Shown here: in pieces, positions 9,509-19,035 of the stretch | Numbering within the stretch: the first letter of the stretch is position 1 | Layout: each line of letters opens with the position of its first letter | Source: an uncultured Gammaproteobacteria bacterium | GTDB taxonomy: Bacteria; Patescibacteriota; Microgenomatia; Levybacterales; UBA12049 | Assembly: GCA_964474445.1 (NCBI GenBank) | Contig: CAYYSJ010000003.1 | Coordinates: 17,597-81,596 of the forward strand | Reading direction: 5' to 3' | Length of the DNA: 64,000 bases | The notes under the pieces: generated by a model | The model's database searches: none | Seen by the model: the letters and a program-made list of their open reading frames with translations, nothing else | What the model was told of the DNA's origin: nothing | Program-made: the position numbers and the translations under genes

Positions 9509-10624
9509 ATGTTACTCACTATTATTACCTTTATTCTTGTTTTATCTGTTTTAGTGCTTATTCATGAATTAGGCCATTACCTAACTGCCAAGAAACTTGG
9601 AGTCAAAGTAGAAGAATTTGGATTTGGTTTTCCACCACGGGTATGGGGAAAAAAGATTGGTGAAACAATCTACTCTATCAATTTACTTCCCATTGGTGGA
9701 TTTGTGAAGTTATATGGGGAAGATGAAGCAGGAGGAGGGAAAGTAGGGACATTAGATGAGAAGGCGTTTAAAGGTAAAGATAGACAACGTGCCTTTTTTG
9801 CCCGATCTGTGTGGCAGAGAGCACTCATTGTGTTTGCCGGTGTTTTTATGAACTTTCTTCTGGCAACCGTGATTCTCTCGTATTTGGTTGCAGTACAAGG
9901 AGTTCCTCAACAAGGCAAAGATGTTGTGATAGCAGCTATTGCAAAAAATTCTCCAGCAGAAAAAGCAGGACTCAAAGCAGGAGATATCCTGATAGGCCTT
10001 GATGGACAAAATGTTACCAATGCAGAACAGGTTATTTCGTATACAAAAAAACATCTCGGACAGGAAGTTACCTTACAGCTTAAAACTTCTGACTCATCAC
10101 TCAAAACGGTGAAAGTGACACCACGAGTCCATTACCCAGCAGGTGAAGGGGCAATGGGAGTAGCAATTGGATCTAATGTTACCGTGAAGAAGTATCCTTG
10201 GTATCAAGTTCCTTGGGTAGGACTGAAAGAAGCAGTTGTACAAACAGGTGCCATTCTTCAGGGACTTGGACAGTTATTGGTTCAATTAACAGTAAATAGA
10301 CAAATACCACAAGGGTTGGCAGGTCCTGTTGGTATTGCTCAATTGACTGGGCAATTTGTTCAGATAGGATTTAATGCAGTACTTGGGCTTGTTGCGCTGC
10401 TATCTTTGAATTTAGCAATTTTGAATGTATTACCAATACCAGCTCTTGATGGTGGGAGACTTTTCTTTATTCTTCTTGAAGGAGTTATAGGGAAGAAAGT
10501 AAGTCCAAAAGTAGAAGGATATGCTCATGCTGTGGGTATGGCATTCTTATTTGCCCTTATTCTGTTTATTACTTTTCACGATCTTACCAGGATCTTTAGT
10601 GGACAAAGTCTCTTACCAAAGTGA
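9509..10624 (+). CDS. rseP: RIP metalloprotease RseP (M50 family, PDZ domain)
   Basis: HELGH, LPIGGFV, PDZ SPAEKAGLKAGD, LNVLPIPALDGG. Confidence 0.95.
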   Translation: MLLTIITFILVLSVLVLIHELGHYLTAKKLGVKVEEFGFGFPPRVWGKKIGETIYSINLLPIGGFVKLYGEDEAGGGKVGTLDEKAFKGKDRQRAFFARSVWQRALIVFAGVFMNFLLATVILSYLVAVQGVPQQGKDVVIAAIAKNSPAEKAGLKAGDILIGLDGQNVTNAEQVISYTKKHLGQEVTLQLKTSDSSLKTVKVTPRVHYPAGEGAMGVAIGSNVTVKKYPWYQVPWVGLKEAVVQTGAILQGLGQLLVQLTVNRQIPQGLAGPVGIAQLTGQFVQIGFNAVLGLVALLSLNLAILNVLPIPALDGGRLFFILLEGVIGKKVSPKVEGYAHAVGMAFLFALILFITFHDLTRIFSGQSLLPK

Positions 10625-10653
10625 GGGATGGTCAGGGGTTGTTTAGTTGAAAT

Positions 10654-11226
10654 CTACTGTATTATCACAAAATAATCTTCAGGAAGAGCAAAAGAGGTGA
10701 GATGCTCTTTATATATTTCTAATTCCTCTAGTTGTGGCTCATGTTCAAGAGTGTAGTGACAAAAGATTTTTATAGGAAGAATCCCTAAACCTTCTTCAAC
10801 TTGTTGTCTGTGATTTGAATAATAATACTTTGAGAGAACATTTGCTCCAGCAGACGTTCCGACTATTGTTTTATTAGTAAGATGTTCAGTGAGGACAGAA
10901 AGAGGAATAGTCTTGAGTAACTTTAAAATATTTTGCGTGTTCCCCCCTGCTAGAAAAATAATGTCTGCGGTATGGGTTTGATCTAAAAATTTTTCGGGGT
11001 TTTCATCTGCTAACAAAAAGGTTATTTGTTTGTTGGGGTATGCTTGAGAAAACTCTTCTTTTTTCTCTGCAAATGCTTTTTCCCACTGTTCTTTTTCTTT
11101 TGCAAATGGGACATACAAAAACATAAGTTTTTTTTCAGGTAAATCATGGATAATTTCTTCAAAGAAATCTTTTGTATAGTCTGAGCCAGGTTTACGGCCT
11201 CCATGAAGAATATATTTTGTTGACAT
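10654..11226 (-). CDS. Peptidase S51/PepE-like (class I glutamine amidotransferase-like fold)
   Basis: IFLAGGNT, GTSAGA, GLGILP..HY; TATAAT 7 nt before ATG 11226. Confidence 0.8.
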   Translation of the reverse strand: MSTKYILHGGRKPGSDYTKDFFEEIIHDLPEKKLMFLYVPFAKEKEQWEKAFAEKKEEFSQAYPNKQITFLLADENPEKFLDQTHTADIIFLAGGNTQNILKLLKTIPLSVLTEHLTNKTIVGTSAGANVLSKYYYSNHRQQVEEGLGILPIKIFCHYTLEHEPQLEELEIYKEHLTSFALPEDYFVIIQ

Positions 11227-11337
11227 GATCTCTATTATATCATTCACCGAAAAAGTTATTCCACCAGACTATTTGATTTTCTGATATACTAATTTTCCTA
11301 ACACTCTGATAGTCTGAGGGTATTAGACAGCAACATT

Positions 11338-12036
11338 ATGCAAATTATCGTTGTCCAAAATCCAGAAAAAGGAACAGAAAAAGCAAAAGAAATTTTGTAT
11401 GAAAAAGTAGATAAACGTACCGTACTGTTTCTCTCAGGAGGAAATACTCCTCAACCGCTTTACCACCTATTGGCAAAAGAAAAAATAATTAAGCCAGTTG
11501 CGGTTGGTATGATTGATGAAAGATATGGAAAGCACATGCATGAGAGTAGTAATGAGAGAATGATACGAGAGGCAGGTTTTCTTGACTATTTAAAAAAACA
11601 TGCTATTCCTTTTTATCCAATGTTACGAGATGGTCTTAGTCTTGAGGAGACAGCAAGAGAATATGATCAGGTAACAAGAGATTTATTTTTTAAATTCCCG
11701 CGAAGTATCGCAGTGATGGGACTTGGAAAAGATGGACATACAGCAAGCATTATTCCAAATAGAAAAGGCTTTACCAATCCGATGTTTGAAGAAGGAAGAC
11801 AACATCAATTTGTCGGAGAATTGAATGATCAAAAAAGTGATTATAAAGAGCGAGTCGGGATGACGTTTGCAGGACTTGCCTTGATAGATTATTTTATTGT
11901 TCTTGCGTTTGGGAAAGAAAAGAAAAAAGCACTCAAAGAAATGTTTTCTGGTGGATATCCAGAAGAACTTCCTGCACGATTTTTCCCGCAAGAAGCTTCT
12001 GAGAAAACGGTAGTGATTACTGATCAAAAGATGTAG
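11338..12036 (+). CDS. pgl: 6-phosphogluconolactonase
   Basis: LSGGNTP, DER, GLGKDGHTASI; directly upstream of zwf. Confidence 0.85.
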   Translation: MQIIVVQNPEKGTEKAKEILYEKVDKRTVLFLSGGNTPQPLYHLLAKEKIIKPVAVGMIDERYGKHMHESSNERMIREAGFLDYLKKHAIPFYPMLRDGLSLEETAREYDQVTRDLFFKFPRSIAVMGLGKDGHTASIIPNRKGFTNPMFEEGRQHQFVGELNDQKSDYKERVGMTFAGLALIDYFIVLAFGKEKKKALKEMFSGGYPEELPARFFPQEASEKTVVITDQKM

Positions 12037-12108
12037 GGAAGAAAAGTAATCTTTTGTACCTCCTCTTACGCTCTTTATCTCTCCCGGTTAGTGCACTATA
12101 ATATATCC

Positions 12109-13539
12109 ATGAATTCTCCCTTTGTCCTTGTTCTCTTTGGTGCAACAGGAGACTTGGCAAAAAATAAACTACTTCCTGCATTATTTACCCTTTTTAAGAA
12201 GAAGGAATTACCAAAAGATTTTTGGATCGTAGGATTTGCAAGACGCCCTTTAACTGATGAAGATTTTGTTGCCTTTTTCCCTGAGGAATCTACTCATCCA
12301 GAGTGGAAAAATTTTGCACAACATCTTTCATACCAGCAAGGAAATTTTGATGAATTGTGGGGGTATGAAGCACTCGTTGAAAAACTCCAGAAACTAGATG
12401 AGCAAATGGGTGCTTGTATCACTCGAATTTTTTATTTAGCGACTCCTCCTCAAAATTACGATACTATTTTGGCTAATCTTGTTGGGACGAAATTATCAGA
12501 AGGATGTGGGCAGGGGAGTACCAAATGGACCCGTATTGCTATAGAAAAACCATTTGGTAAAGATTTGGATACTGCACGGGAGCTTGATCAAAAACTCTCA
12601 CACATTTTTGAAGAACGACAGATTTTCCGAGTAGACCATTATTTAGGAAAAGAAGCAGTGCAGAATTTACTTGTGTTTAGATTTGCAAATGGGATCTTTG
12701 ATCCCATTTGGAATCATGAATACATTGACCATGTACAAATTACTCTGTCTGAGAAAAAAGGAATTGGTGCAAGGGGAAAGTTTTTTGATGGGGTAGGGAC
12801 CTTGAGGGATGTTGGACAAAATCATTTAATGCAACTGGTAGCGGCCGTTGCTCAGGAAATGCCACAAAGTTTTTCTGAAGAGGGGGTAAGAAATGTACGG
12901 GCAAAGGCAATTGCGGCAATTGAATGCATAGAGGCACAACACGTAGGAGAACGAGTTGTGAGGGGACAATATGAAGGATATCTTTCGGAAAAAGACGTTG
13001 CACATGATTCTAAGACAGAAACATTTATTGCTATGAAATTTTTTGTGAATACTCCTCGTTTTGCTGGAGTTCCTTTCTATCTACGAGCAGGAAAAGAGAT
13101 GGCTGAGGATGTTGTGCAAATATCGATTGTCTTTAAACAGACATGTCATATTCTTTTTAAAGAAGTTGGATGTCCTGAAGAAGGTAATATATTAACAATT
13201 CGAATTCAGCCAGACGAAGGGATAACACTCAAGATGATTGCAAAGACACCAGGGTCTCTCCTTTCTTTGATACCTGTGGACATGCATTTTAAATATTCAG
13301 AACAATTTGGTTCGCAAGGGTCAGACGCCTATGAAAAAGTATTGGGAGATATTATTAAAGGCGATCAGATGTTATTTAATCGTTCTGATGAACTTGATTC
13401 TTCGTGGACATTTATTGAAAAAATTATGCAAGGATGGGAAAACGAATATACCCCTGTCTTTGAATATAAAAAAGGCAGTTGGGGGCCAAAGGCTGCAGAT
13501 GAATTACTAGAAAAAGACGGCAAAAAGTGGATAGAGTAA
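12109..13539 (+). CDS. zwf: Glucose-6-phosphate dehydrogenase
   Basis: FGATGDLA, IEKPFG, RVDHYLGKE, GVPFYLRAGK. Confidence 0.97.
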   Translation: MNSPFVLVLFGATGDLAKNKLLPALFTLFKKKELPKDFWIVGFARRPLTDEDFVAFFPEESTHPEWKNFAQHLSYQQGNFDELWGYEALVEKLQKLDEQMGACITRIFYLATPPQNYDTILANLVGTKLSEGCGQGSTKWTRIAIEKPFGKDLDTARELDQKLSHIFEERQIFRVDHYLGKEAVQNLLVFRFANGIFDPIWNHEYIDHVQITLSEKKGIGARGKFFDGVGTLRDVGQNHLMQLVAAVAQEMPQSFSEEGVRNVRAKAIAAIECIEAQHVGERVVRGQYEGYLSEKDVAHDSKTETFIAMKFFVNTPRFAGVPFYLRAGKEMAEDVVQISIVFKQTCHILFKEVGCPEEGNILTIRIQPDEGITLKMIAKTPGSLLSLIPVDMHFKYSEQFGSQGSDAYEKVLGDIIKGDQMLFNRSDELDSSWTFIEKIMQGWENEYTPVFEYKKGSWGPKAADELLEKDGKKWIE

Positions 13540-13548
13540 TTTGTTCTA

Positions 13549-13578
13549 TTGACAACATCCACACAACCGACGTATAGT
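13549..13578 (+). promoter_or_regulatory. Sigma70-type promoter of the serB-serC operon
   Basis: TTGACA (13549-54), 18-nt spacer, TATAGT (13573-78). Confidence 0.75.
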
Positions 13579-13603
13579 GAAAAAGAAATGGAGAGACAAA
13601 CCT

Positions 13604-13657
13604 ATGAACAGTAGAGTAGACGTTTACAATAACTATTCACCATCAACAACTTCCTGA
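13604..13657 (+). CDS. Putative attenuator leader peptide MNSRVDVYNNYSPSTTS
   Basis: GGAG SD at 13590-93. The 17-codon ORF ends TCA CCA TCA ACA ACT TCC TGA and overlaps stem segment 1. Confidence 0.6.
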   Translation: MNSRVDVYNNYSPSTTS

Positions 13658-13713
13658 TGTAGCTGGGAGTTTTGTTGTGTGATATGTACACCTCCCAGCA
13701 GGGAGGTTTTTTT
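13644..13713 (+). promoter_or_regulatory. Transcription attenuator (protector / antiterminator / terminator)
   Basis: 1:2 = CAAC-AACTTCC with GGGAGTT-GTTG. 2:3 = GCTGGGAG (13662-69) with CTCCCAGC (13692-99). 3:4 = ACCTCCC-agca-GGGAGGT followed by a T-tract. Confidence 0.7.
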
Positions 13714-13747
13714 GTGGCACAGTATGCCACAAAGATAAAGGAAAACT

Positions 13748-14428
13748 ATGAATGATACAGTATTACAAATGAACAATATTACATTACTCATCGATTTTGA
13801 TAGTACATTTGTATCAGTTGAATCGCTCGATGTGTTGGCAGAAATTGTTTTGCAAAAAAGAAGTGATAAAGAGGAGGTTCTTTGTACCATTCAAGAAATT
13901 ACTGCTTTGGGTATGGAAGGAAAAATTTCTTTTCCTGAATCTTTATCAAAAAGAATGAAACTGTTTCGTCCAACACAAAACGATGTTGCGGAGTTGGTTA
14001 AGATATTACATGGACATATTACTCCCTCTGTGAAAAAGTACAAAGCGTTTTTCAAAAGACACAAAAACTCAGTATATATTCTTTCCAGCGGATTTCGTGA
14101 TTATATGATTCCCGTTGTCTCAGAGTTTGGAATTCCTGAGGATCATGTTTTTGGAAATCAATTCGTATTTGATACTCAAGGAGAATTCCTAGGATTTGAT
14201 GCACATAATGTGTTGGCAGGGGAAAAAGGAAAGGTAAAGAAAATCAAAGAACAAGAACTTCAAGGGCTTTTATACATGATAGGAGATGGGCATACTGATT
14301 GGGAAGTAAAAGAAGCAGGTCTTGTAGAGAAGTTTTTTGCGTTCACAGAGAATGTGACAAGAGAATCAGTTGTGAAAAAAGCAGATGTTATTGCTGCATC
14401 CTTTGAGGAGGTATTGAAGTATTTATGA
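13748..14428 (+). CDS. serB: HAD-IB phosphatase, phosphoserine phosphatase-like
   Basis: DFDSTF, ITALGMEGKISFPESLSKR, LSSGF, IGDGHTD; overlaps the serC start. Confidence 0.8.
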   Translation: MNDTVLQMNNITLLIDFDSTFVSVESLDVLAEIVLQKRSDKEEVLCTIQEITALGMEGKISFPESLSKRMKLFRPTQNDVAELVKILHGHITPSVKKYKAFFKRHKNSVYILSSGFRDYMIPVVSEFGIPEDHVFGNQFVFDTQGEFLGFDAHNVLAGEKGKVKKIKEQELQGLLYMIGDGHTDWEVKEAGLVEKFFAFTENVTRESVVKKADVIAASFEEVLKYL

Positions 14429-15513
14429 AACAAATATTTTTCACACCAGGACCATCACAGCTATACCCAACAGTTGGGAAGCATTTGCAAAAAGCAGTGG
14501 AGCAACAAATTTGTTCGTTGTCTCATCGGTCCGAGCAATTTGAAGAAGTTTTTTCATCAACAATAAAAGGACTCAGAACATTGTTGAACATACCAGAGAA
14601 CTATGCTGTTGTATTTGTTTCATCTGGTACAGAAGCAATGGAGCGAATTATTCAAAACACAGTGAAGAAAAAAAGTTTTCATTTTGTGAATGGATCTTTT
14701 TCAAAAAGGTGGTGTGGTTTTGCAAAAGAATTAGGAAAGGATGCAGAAAAAGAGGAAGTTGATTTTGGCAGAGGGTTTACTACTAATGTGAAAATTTCAG
14801 ACGAAACAGAACTTATTTGTTTCACGCAAAATGAGACAAGTAGCGGTGTTGCAATAAACCCAGCATTCATCTATGACGCTCAACAAAAGCACTCTGATGT
14901 GCTGATTGCTGTTGATATTGTCTCTTCAGCGCCTATTGTCTCTCTCGATTTTTCTAGGTTAGACTGCACCTTTTTCTCTGTGCAAAAAAATTTTGGGCTA
15001 CCTTCAGGTCTTGGTGCCCTTATTCTTTCACCAAGAGCAATTGAAAAAGCAAAGTATTTGCAAAAAGAGGGGTTAAGGATTGGTACCTATCACAATTTTC
15101 CAACTCTGGTTGAGTGGGCTCAAAAAAAACAAACACCTGAAACTCCCAATGTCTTAGCTATTTATCTATTGAATGAAGTTATAAAAGATTTTCTGAAAAA
15201 AGGAATAGAGAACATTCGAAAAGAGACAAAAGAAAAATCAGACATGGTCTATCAATTTCTTCAACAACACAAAACATACAAACCTTTTGTTGAAGAAGCA
15301 TTTCGATCACAAACAGTTATTGTTACAGATGTAGGGGACAGTTTGTTTCTTCAAATGAAGTTGCAGCAAAGGGGTCTTATTGTTGGAGATGGCTATGGAC
15401 CATATAAGGACAGGCAAATACGAATCGCAAACTTTCCGGCAGTGAGTATGGGAGATATGAAAAGATTGTTAGAAGCATTGGATACAATATCCAAGACACA
15501 TGTTAGAACGTAA
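14425..15513 (+). CDS. serC: Phosphoserine aminotransferase-like class V PLP aminotransferase
   Basis: FTPGPSQLY, SHRS, NETSSG, FSVQKNFGLPSGLG, TPETPNV, IRIANFPA. Confidence 0.8.
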   Translation: MKQIFFTPGPSQLYPTVGKHLQKAVEQQICSLSHRSEQFEEVFSSTIKGLRTLLNIPENYAVVFVSSGTEAMERIIQNTVKKKSFHFVNGSFSKRWCGFAKELGKDAEKEEVDFGRGFTTNVKISDETELICFTQNETSSGVAINPAFIYDAQQKHSDVLIAVDIVSSAPIVSLDFSRLDCTFFSVQKNFGLPSGLGALILSPRAIEKAKYLQKEGLRIGTYHNFPTLVEWAQKKQTPETPNVLAIYLLNEVIKDFLKKGIENIRKETKEKSDMVYQFLQQHKTYKPFVEEAFRSQTVIVTDVGDSLFLQMKLQQRGLIVGDGYGPYKDRQIRIANFPAVSMGDMKRLLEALDTISKTHVRT

Positions 15514-16918
15514 AAATTATATGAATACATACATTATTAATCAATTGAAAAGTATTGTTGGCATTAAATATATTTCTGTTGAGGAGGAACAGAGAAAAGC
15601 TCATTCTAAAGATAAGTCGTATTATCAAGCTGTTCTACCAGATATTGTTGTCTGGCCGAAAAATACGCAGGAAGTAAGTAGGATAGTTCGTTTAGCACAT
15701 GAACATACTATTCCAGTAACTGCATGGGGTGGAGGAACATCTTTGATGGGTAATAGCATTCCTGTTAAAAAGGGCATTGTTATGAATCTTACTCGAATGA
15801 ATAACATTCTTGATGTCAGTAAGGATGGATTTCAGGTAACGGTTGAACCAGGAATTATCTGTGACGAGTTAAATGCGCAGCTAAAAGTACACAAATTATT
15901 TTTTCCTCCATTTCCAGGAAGTTCTCACATTGCAACAATTGGTGGGATGATAGCAACAAATGCAGGGGGTATGTATGCCGTAAAATACGGTGTGACAGCG
16001 GATTGGGTCATGCAACTTGAGGTAGTATTGGCAAATGGAGATATTGTGACAGTAGGGAGCAAATCAATAAAGTCAGTTGCAGGATATAATCTCCTTCGTC
16101 TTTTTATTGGCTCCTCAGGAACGCTGGGGATTGTGACAAAAGCAGTCCTGAAGGTATGTCCGTTACCTGAGTTTGAAATGGCAGCTGTTGTTGCTTTTCA
16201 ACATTTATCAGATTTGAGTAGTGCAATCGGTGCAGTGTTATCATCGCATATCAAACCAGCAGCACTTGAGTTAATGGATATGAGTTATGTAAAGCTTGCA
16301 AATTTGGCTCAAACAAAAATTCAATTAGCAGAGATGGAAACACTCTTGATAGAACTGCACGGACCAAAAGTTGAATTACAACGTCAACTCCTGCAACTTG
16401 AAAGTATTTGTCGTCAATATCATGCGATCACCTATGATACTTATACAACTCCTGCAGAGGTTGACGGTTTATGGGGATGTCGTAAGGGGGTTCGTCTTGC
16501 TTTTCAAAAACTATCTCCTGAGAAAGCAATCCTTTCTGCAGAAGTGGGTGTGCCACTTCAGTATGTACCTCACTTTATTAAGAATGCCAGAGATCTACAA
16601 ATGAAATATGATACACAAATGCTCAACCATGGACATGTGGGAGATGGAAATTTTCATACGTGGGTTGTCTATGACATGGACGATACGGTTTCTTATAAAA
16701 AAGCACATAAGATTCATGAGGAGTTAATTCGATTTGCGATAGGAGTTGGTGGAACTGCAACGGGTGAACATGGGCTTGGTATTGGAAAAAAAGACTATTT
16801 GCCACTAGAGCATCCAACATCTTTTATGCTAATGGAACAAGTAAAACAACTTTTTGATCCAAAGGGGATTCTGAATCCAGGAAAAATTTTCCCAGATGAA
16901 GCAATTGCAAAGACATAA
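15500..16918 (+). CDS. FAD-linked D-2-hydroxyacid dehydrogenase/oxidase (GlcD/Dld/D2HGDH family)
   Basis: GGGTSL, ATIGGMIATNAGG, GHVGDGNFH, TGEHGLGIGK, FDPKGILNPGK. Confidence 0.9.
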   Translation: MLERKNYMNTYIINQLKSIVGIKYISVEEEQRKAHSKDKSYYQAVLPDIVVWPKNTQEVSRIVRLAHEHTIPVTAWGGGTSLMGNSIPVKKGIVMNLTRMNNILDVSKDGFQVTVEPGIICDELNAQLKVHKLFFPPFPGSSHIATIGGMIATNAGGMYAVKYGVTADWVMQLEVVLANGDIVTVGSKSIKSVAGYNLLRLFIGSSGTLGIVTKAVLKVCPLPEFEMAAVVAFQHLSDLSSAIGAVLSSHIKPAALELMDMSYVKLANLAQTKIQLAEMETLLIELHGPKVELQRQLLQLESICRQYHAITYDTYTTPAEVDGLWGCRKGVRLAFQKLSPEKAILSAEVGVPLQYVPHFIKNARDLQMKYDTQMLNHGHVGDGNFHTWVVYDMDDTVSYKKAHKIHEELIRFAIGVGGTATGEHGLGIGKKDYLPLEHPTSFMLMEQVKQLFDPKGILNPGKIFPDEAIAKT

Positions 16919-16939
16919 AAAATACGATACGATCCTGAT

Positions 16940-17362
16940 ATGAAAATCATGATAAGTGGCAGTATGGCATTTGCAAAGGAAATGTTTGCTGCAAAAGAAG
17001 TCCTTGAAAAAATGGGACATGAAGTGCAAATACCGCATACAATTGAGTTGAATATTGATGATGAAAAATTAACTGACGATTTGGACCAGAATTTTTTAAA
17101 CTGTATTGAAAATGACACGATGAGAAAATGTTTTCAGCAAGTCGCCGATTGTGATGCTGTGGTTGTGTTAAATTATCCAAAGAATAATATCAATGGTTAC
17201 ATTGGCACATCAACACTCATGGAAATGGGTATTGGTTATTTTATGCATAAAGAATTGTTTACTCTTTTTCCTTACCCAAGCGATAAAGAGGTGAGGTGGG
17301 CACACGAAGTACGTATTATGCAGCCTCACGTTCTTCACGGAGATTTATCAAAAGTTTCTTAG
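16940..17362 (+). CDS. Nucleoside 2-deoxyribosyltransferase-like fold protein
   Basis: IMISGSM, DCDAVVVLN, GYIGTSTLMEMG pattern. Confidence 0.55.
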   Translation: MKIMISGSMAFAKEMFAAKEVLEKMGHEVQIPHTIELNIDDEKLTDDLDQNFLNCIENDTMRKCFQQVADCDAVVVLNYPKNNINGYIGTSTLMEMGIGYFMHKELFTLFPYPSDKEVRWAHEVRIMQPHVLHGDLSKVS

Positions 17363-17422
17363 TGGTTGTCCTGTAAATAATGGTTATTGTAATTCTCGTT
17401 TAAATCTTGTAGTATTCCCTCC

Positions 17423-17974
17423 ATGTTCCAACATGAAACCCAAAAAGAGCCAGGTCATGCTATCGAGGGTTTAGAAACAACTCCTGTACAGATCAGAGCA
17501 GCACGACTGGAAGACGTAAAAGATGTCGCACGGCTTGCGCAAAAACTTGAAGAAGAATTGCGTAAAGGAGAAGCGAGGAGAAAATATACTACAAAAGAGC
17601 TGGAAAGAATTTATACAGAGAGGATTATAACACCTACAGAACCTGAGCTTGATAAAAAATTTGGCGTGTTTGTTGCAGAAGATCAAGAAAAAATTGTTGG
17701 ATTTGTTATGGGGAAAATAGAAATGAGAGACATTCCTCGAAAATTTAGCTTACTGCAAGGCATCTATGTTATTTCAGATTATAGGAGAACGGACGTTGCA
17801 GAGAATTTAGTTCATGAATTTGTTAGGTTTTCGCAAACTCATGGTATTTCTGAAATTCATGCTGAAGTAATTAGAGAAAGTGCAGGTGAACGTTTCTTTT
17901 CTTCTCGCTTGCATTGGACAGAACAACAGTCTGCAGATTTTCCTCCTCATAGACGGAGACTTGTTCGGTTCTAG
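17423..17974 (+). CDS. GNAT family N-acetyltransferase
   Basis: IRAARLED, VFVAE..KIVGF, IYVISDYRRTDVA..L, AGERFF. Confidence 0.75.
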   Translation: MFQHETQKEPGHAIEGLETTPVQIRAARLEDVKDVARLAQKLEEELRKGEARRKYTTKELERIYTERIITPTEPELDKKFGVFVAEDQEKIVGFVMGKIEMRDIPRKFSLLQGIYVISDYRRTDVAENLVHEFVRFSQTHGISEIHAEVIRESAGERFFSSRLHWTEQQSADFPPHRRRLVRF

Positions 17975-18032
17975 TTCTCCTTAATTTTTTTGCTCTTGCA
18001 TTCTTTATCCAAAAACTGTACTTTCTATAGAT

Positions 18033-18983
18033 ATGAGAATTGGATTTTTGGGTCTTGGAAAAATGGGGAAGAGAATGGTTTGGAAGCTTCTTACTCAAAA
18101 ATATGATGTTGTTGTCTGGAACAGATCTTCTACCCCAATTGAAGAGTTAGTTGAGGAATACGAGGGGGCATCTTCTGTACAACGTAAAAAAATGGGACAA
18201 CTTTTTGTTGCATCAGATATTGCTGAGATGAAGACTCTTCTTCGCAAAACCCGTGTCTTTTGGTCAATGCTTCCTGCAGGTGATGCAACAGATGGTATTT
18301 TAGAACAGATTGCCGATATTGCAGAAGAAGGAGATATTGTTGTTGATGGAGGGAATAGTTATTTTAAAGATTCTCAAAAATGGTTTGATAGATTTAAAAA
18401 ATTGAATGTGAGATTTCTAGGAATTGGTGTTAGTGGAGGAGTTTTGGCAGCAGAAAATGGTTTTTCCCTTATGGTTGGTGGAGATGAAAGTGCTTTTGTC
18501 CATATTAAACCAGTTCTTAAAACATTTGCTTCTCCAAGTGGATCATTTGACTATTTTGGTACTGGCGGAGTAGGTCATTTTATTAAAATGGTTCACAATG
18601 GAATAGAATATGGCATGATGCAATCAATTGGTGAAGGATTTGGGGTGTTGGAGAAAGGACCATATAAACTTGATTTATCAAAAGTGGCAAAGGTATGGCA
18701 AAAAGGAACGATTATTTCATCGTTCCTTATTGATAGGGCATCAGATGCCTTGAAGAAAGATCATAATTTAGAAAATATTATTGGGGAAATTGATGCAACA
18801 GGAGAAGCAGCATGGACAATTGAGGCTGCAGAAAAAGAAGGTGTTCCAGTTCAGATAATTAAAGACTCACTGCATTTTAGACAAAAATCAAAGAGTGATA
18901 AGAAAGTTCAAAAATCATTTGCTGCAAAAATGGTCGCAGCTCTTCGCCATGAATTTGGTGGACATAAGGTAAAAGAAAAATAG
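18033..18983 (+). CDS. gnd: 6-phosphogluconate dehydrogenase (decarboxylating, short type)
   Basis: GLGKMG, VDGGNS, VSGG, KMVHNGIEYGMMQ, ALRHEFGGH. Confidence 0.95.
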   Translation: MRIGFLGLGKMGKRMVWKLLTQKYDVVVWNRSSTPIEELVEEYEGASSVQRKKMGQLFVASDIAEMKTLLRKTRVFWSMLPAGDATDGILEQIADIAEEGDIVVDGGNSYFKDSQKWFDRFKKLNVRFLGIGVSGGVLAAENGFSLMVGGDESAFVHIKPVLKTFASPSGSFDYFGTGGVGHFIKMVHNGIEYGMMQSIGEGFGVLEKGPYKLDLSKVAKVWQKGTIISSFLIDRASDALKKDHNLENIIGEIDATGEAAWTIEAAEKEGVPVQIIKDSLHFRQKSKSDKKVQKSFAAKMVAALRHEFGGHKVKEK

Positions 18984-18999
18984 ATTAACGGAGGTTAAG

Positions 19000-19028
19000 T
19001 TGACAAGATAGAAGGTCACTGCTATACT
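19000..19028 (+). promoter_or_regulatory. Sigma70 promoter of the proS leader
   Basis: TTGACA, 17-nt spacer, TGcTATACT (extended -10). Confidence 0.85.
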
Positions 19029-19035
19029 TTCTTCA

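Noticed and set aside
13590-13715. T-box or known riboswitch before serB
   Set aside because: No T-box GGTGGNACC or recognisable aptamer consensus; the leader-peptide model explains the stems better.
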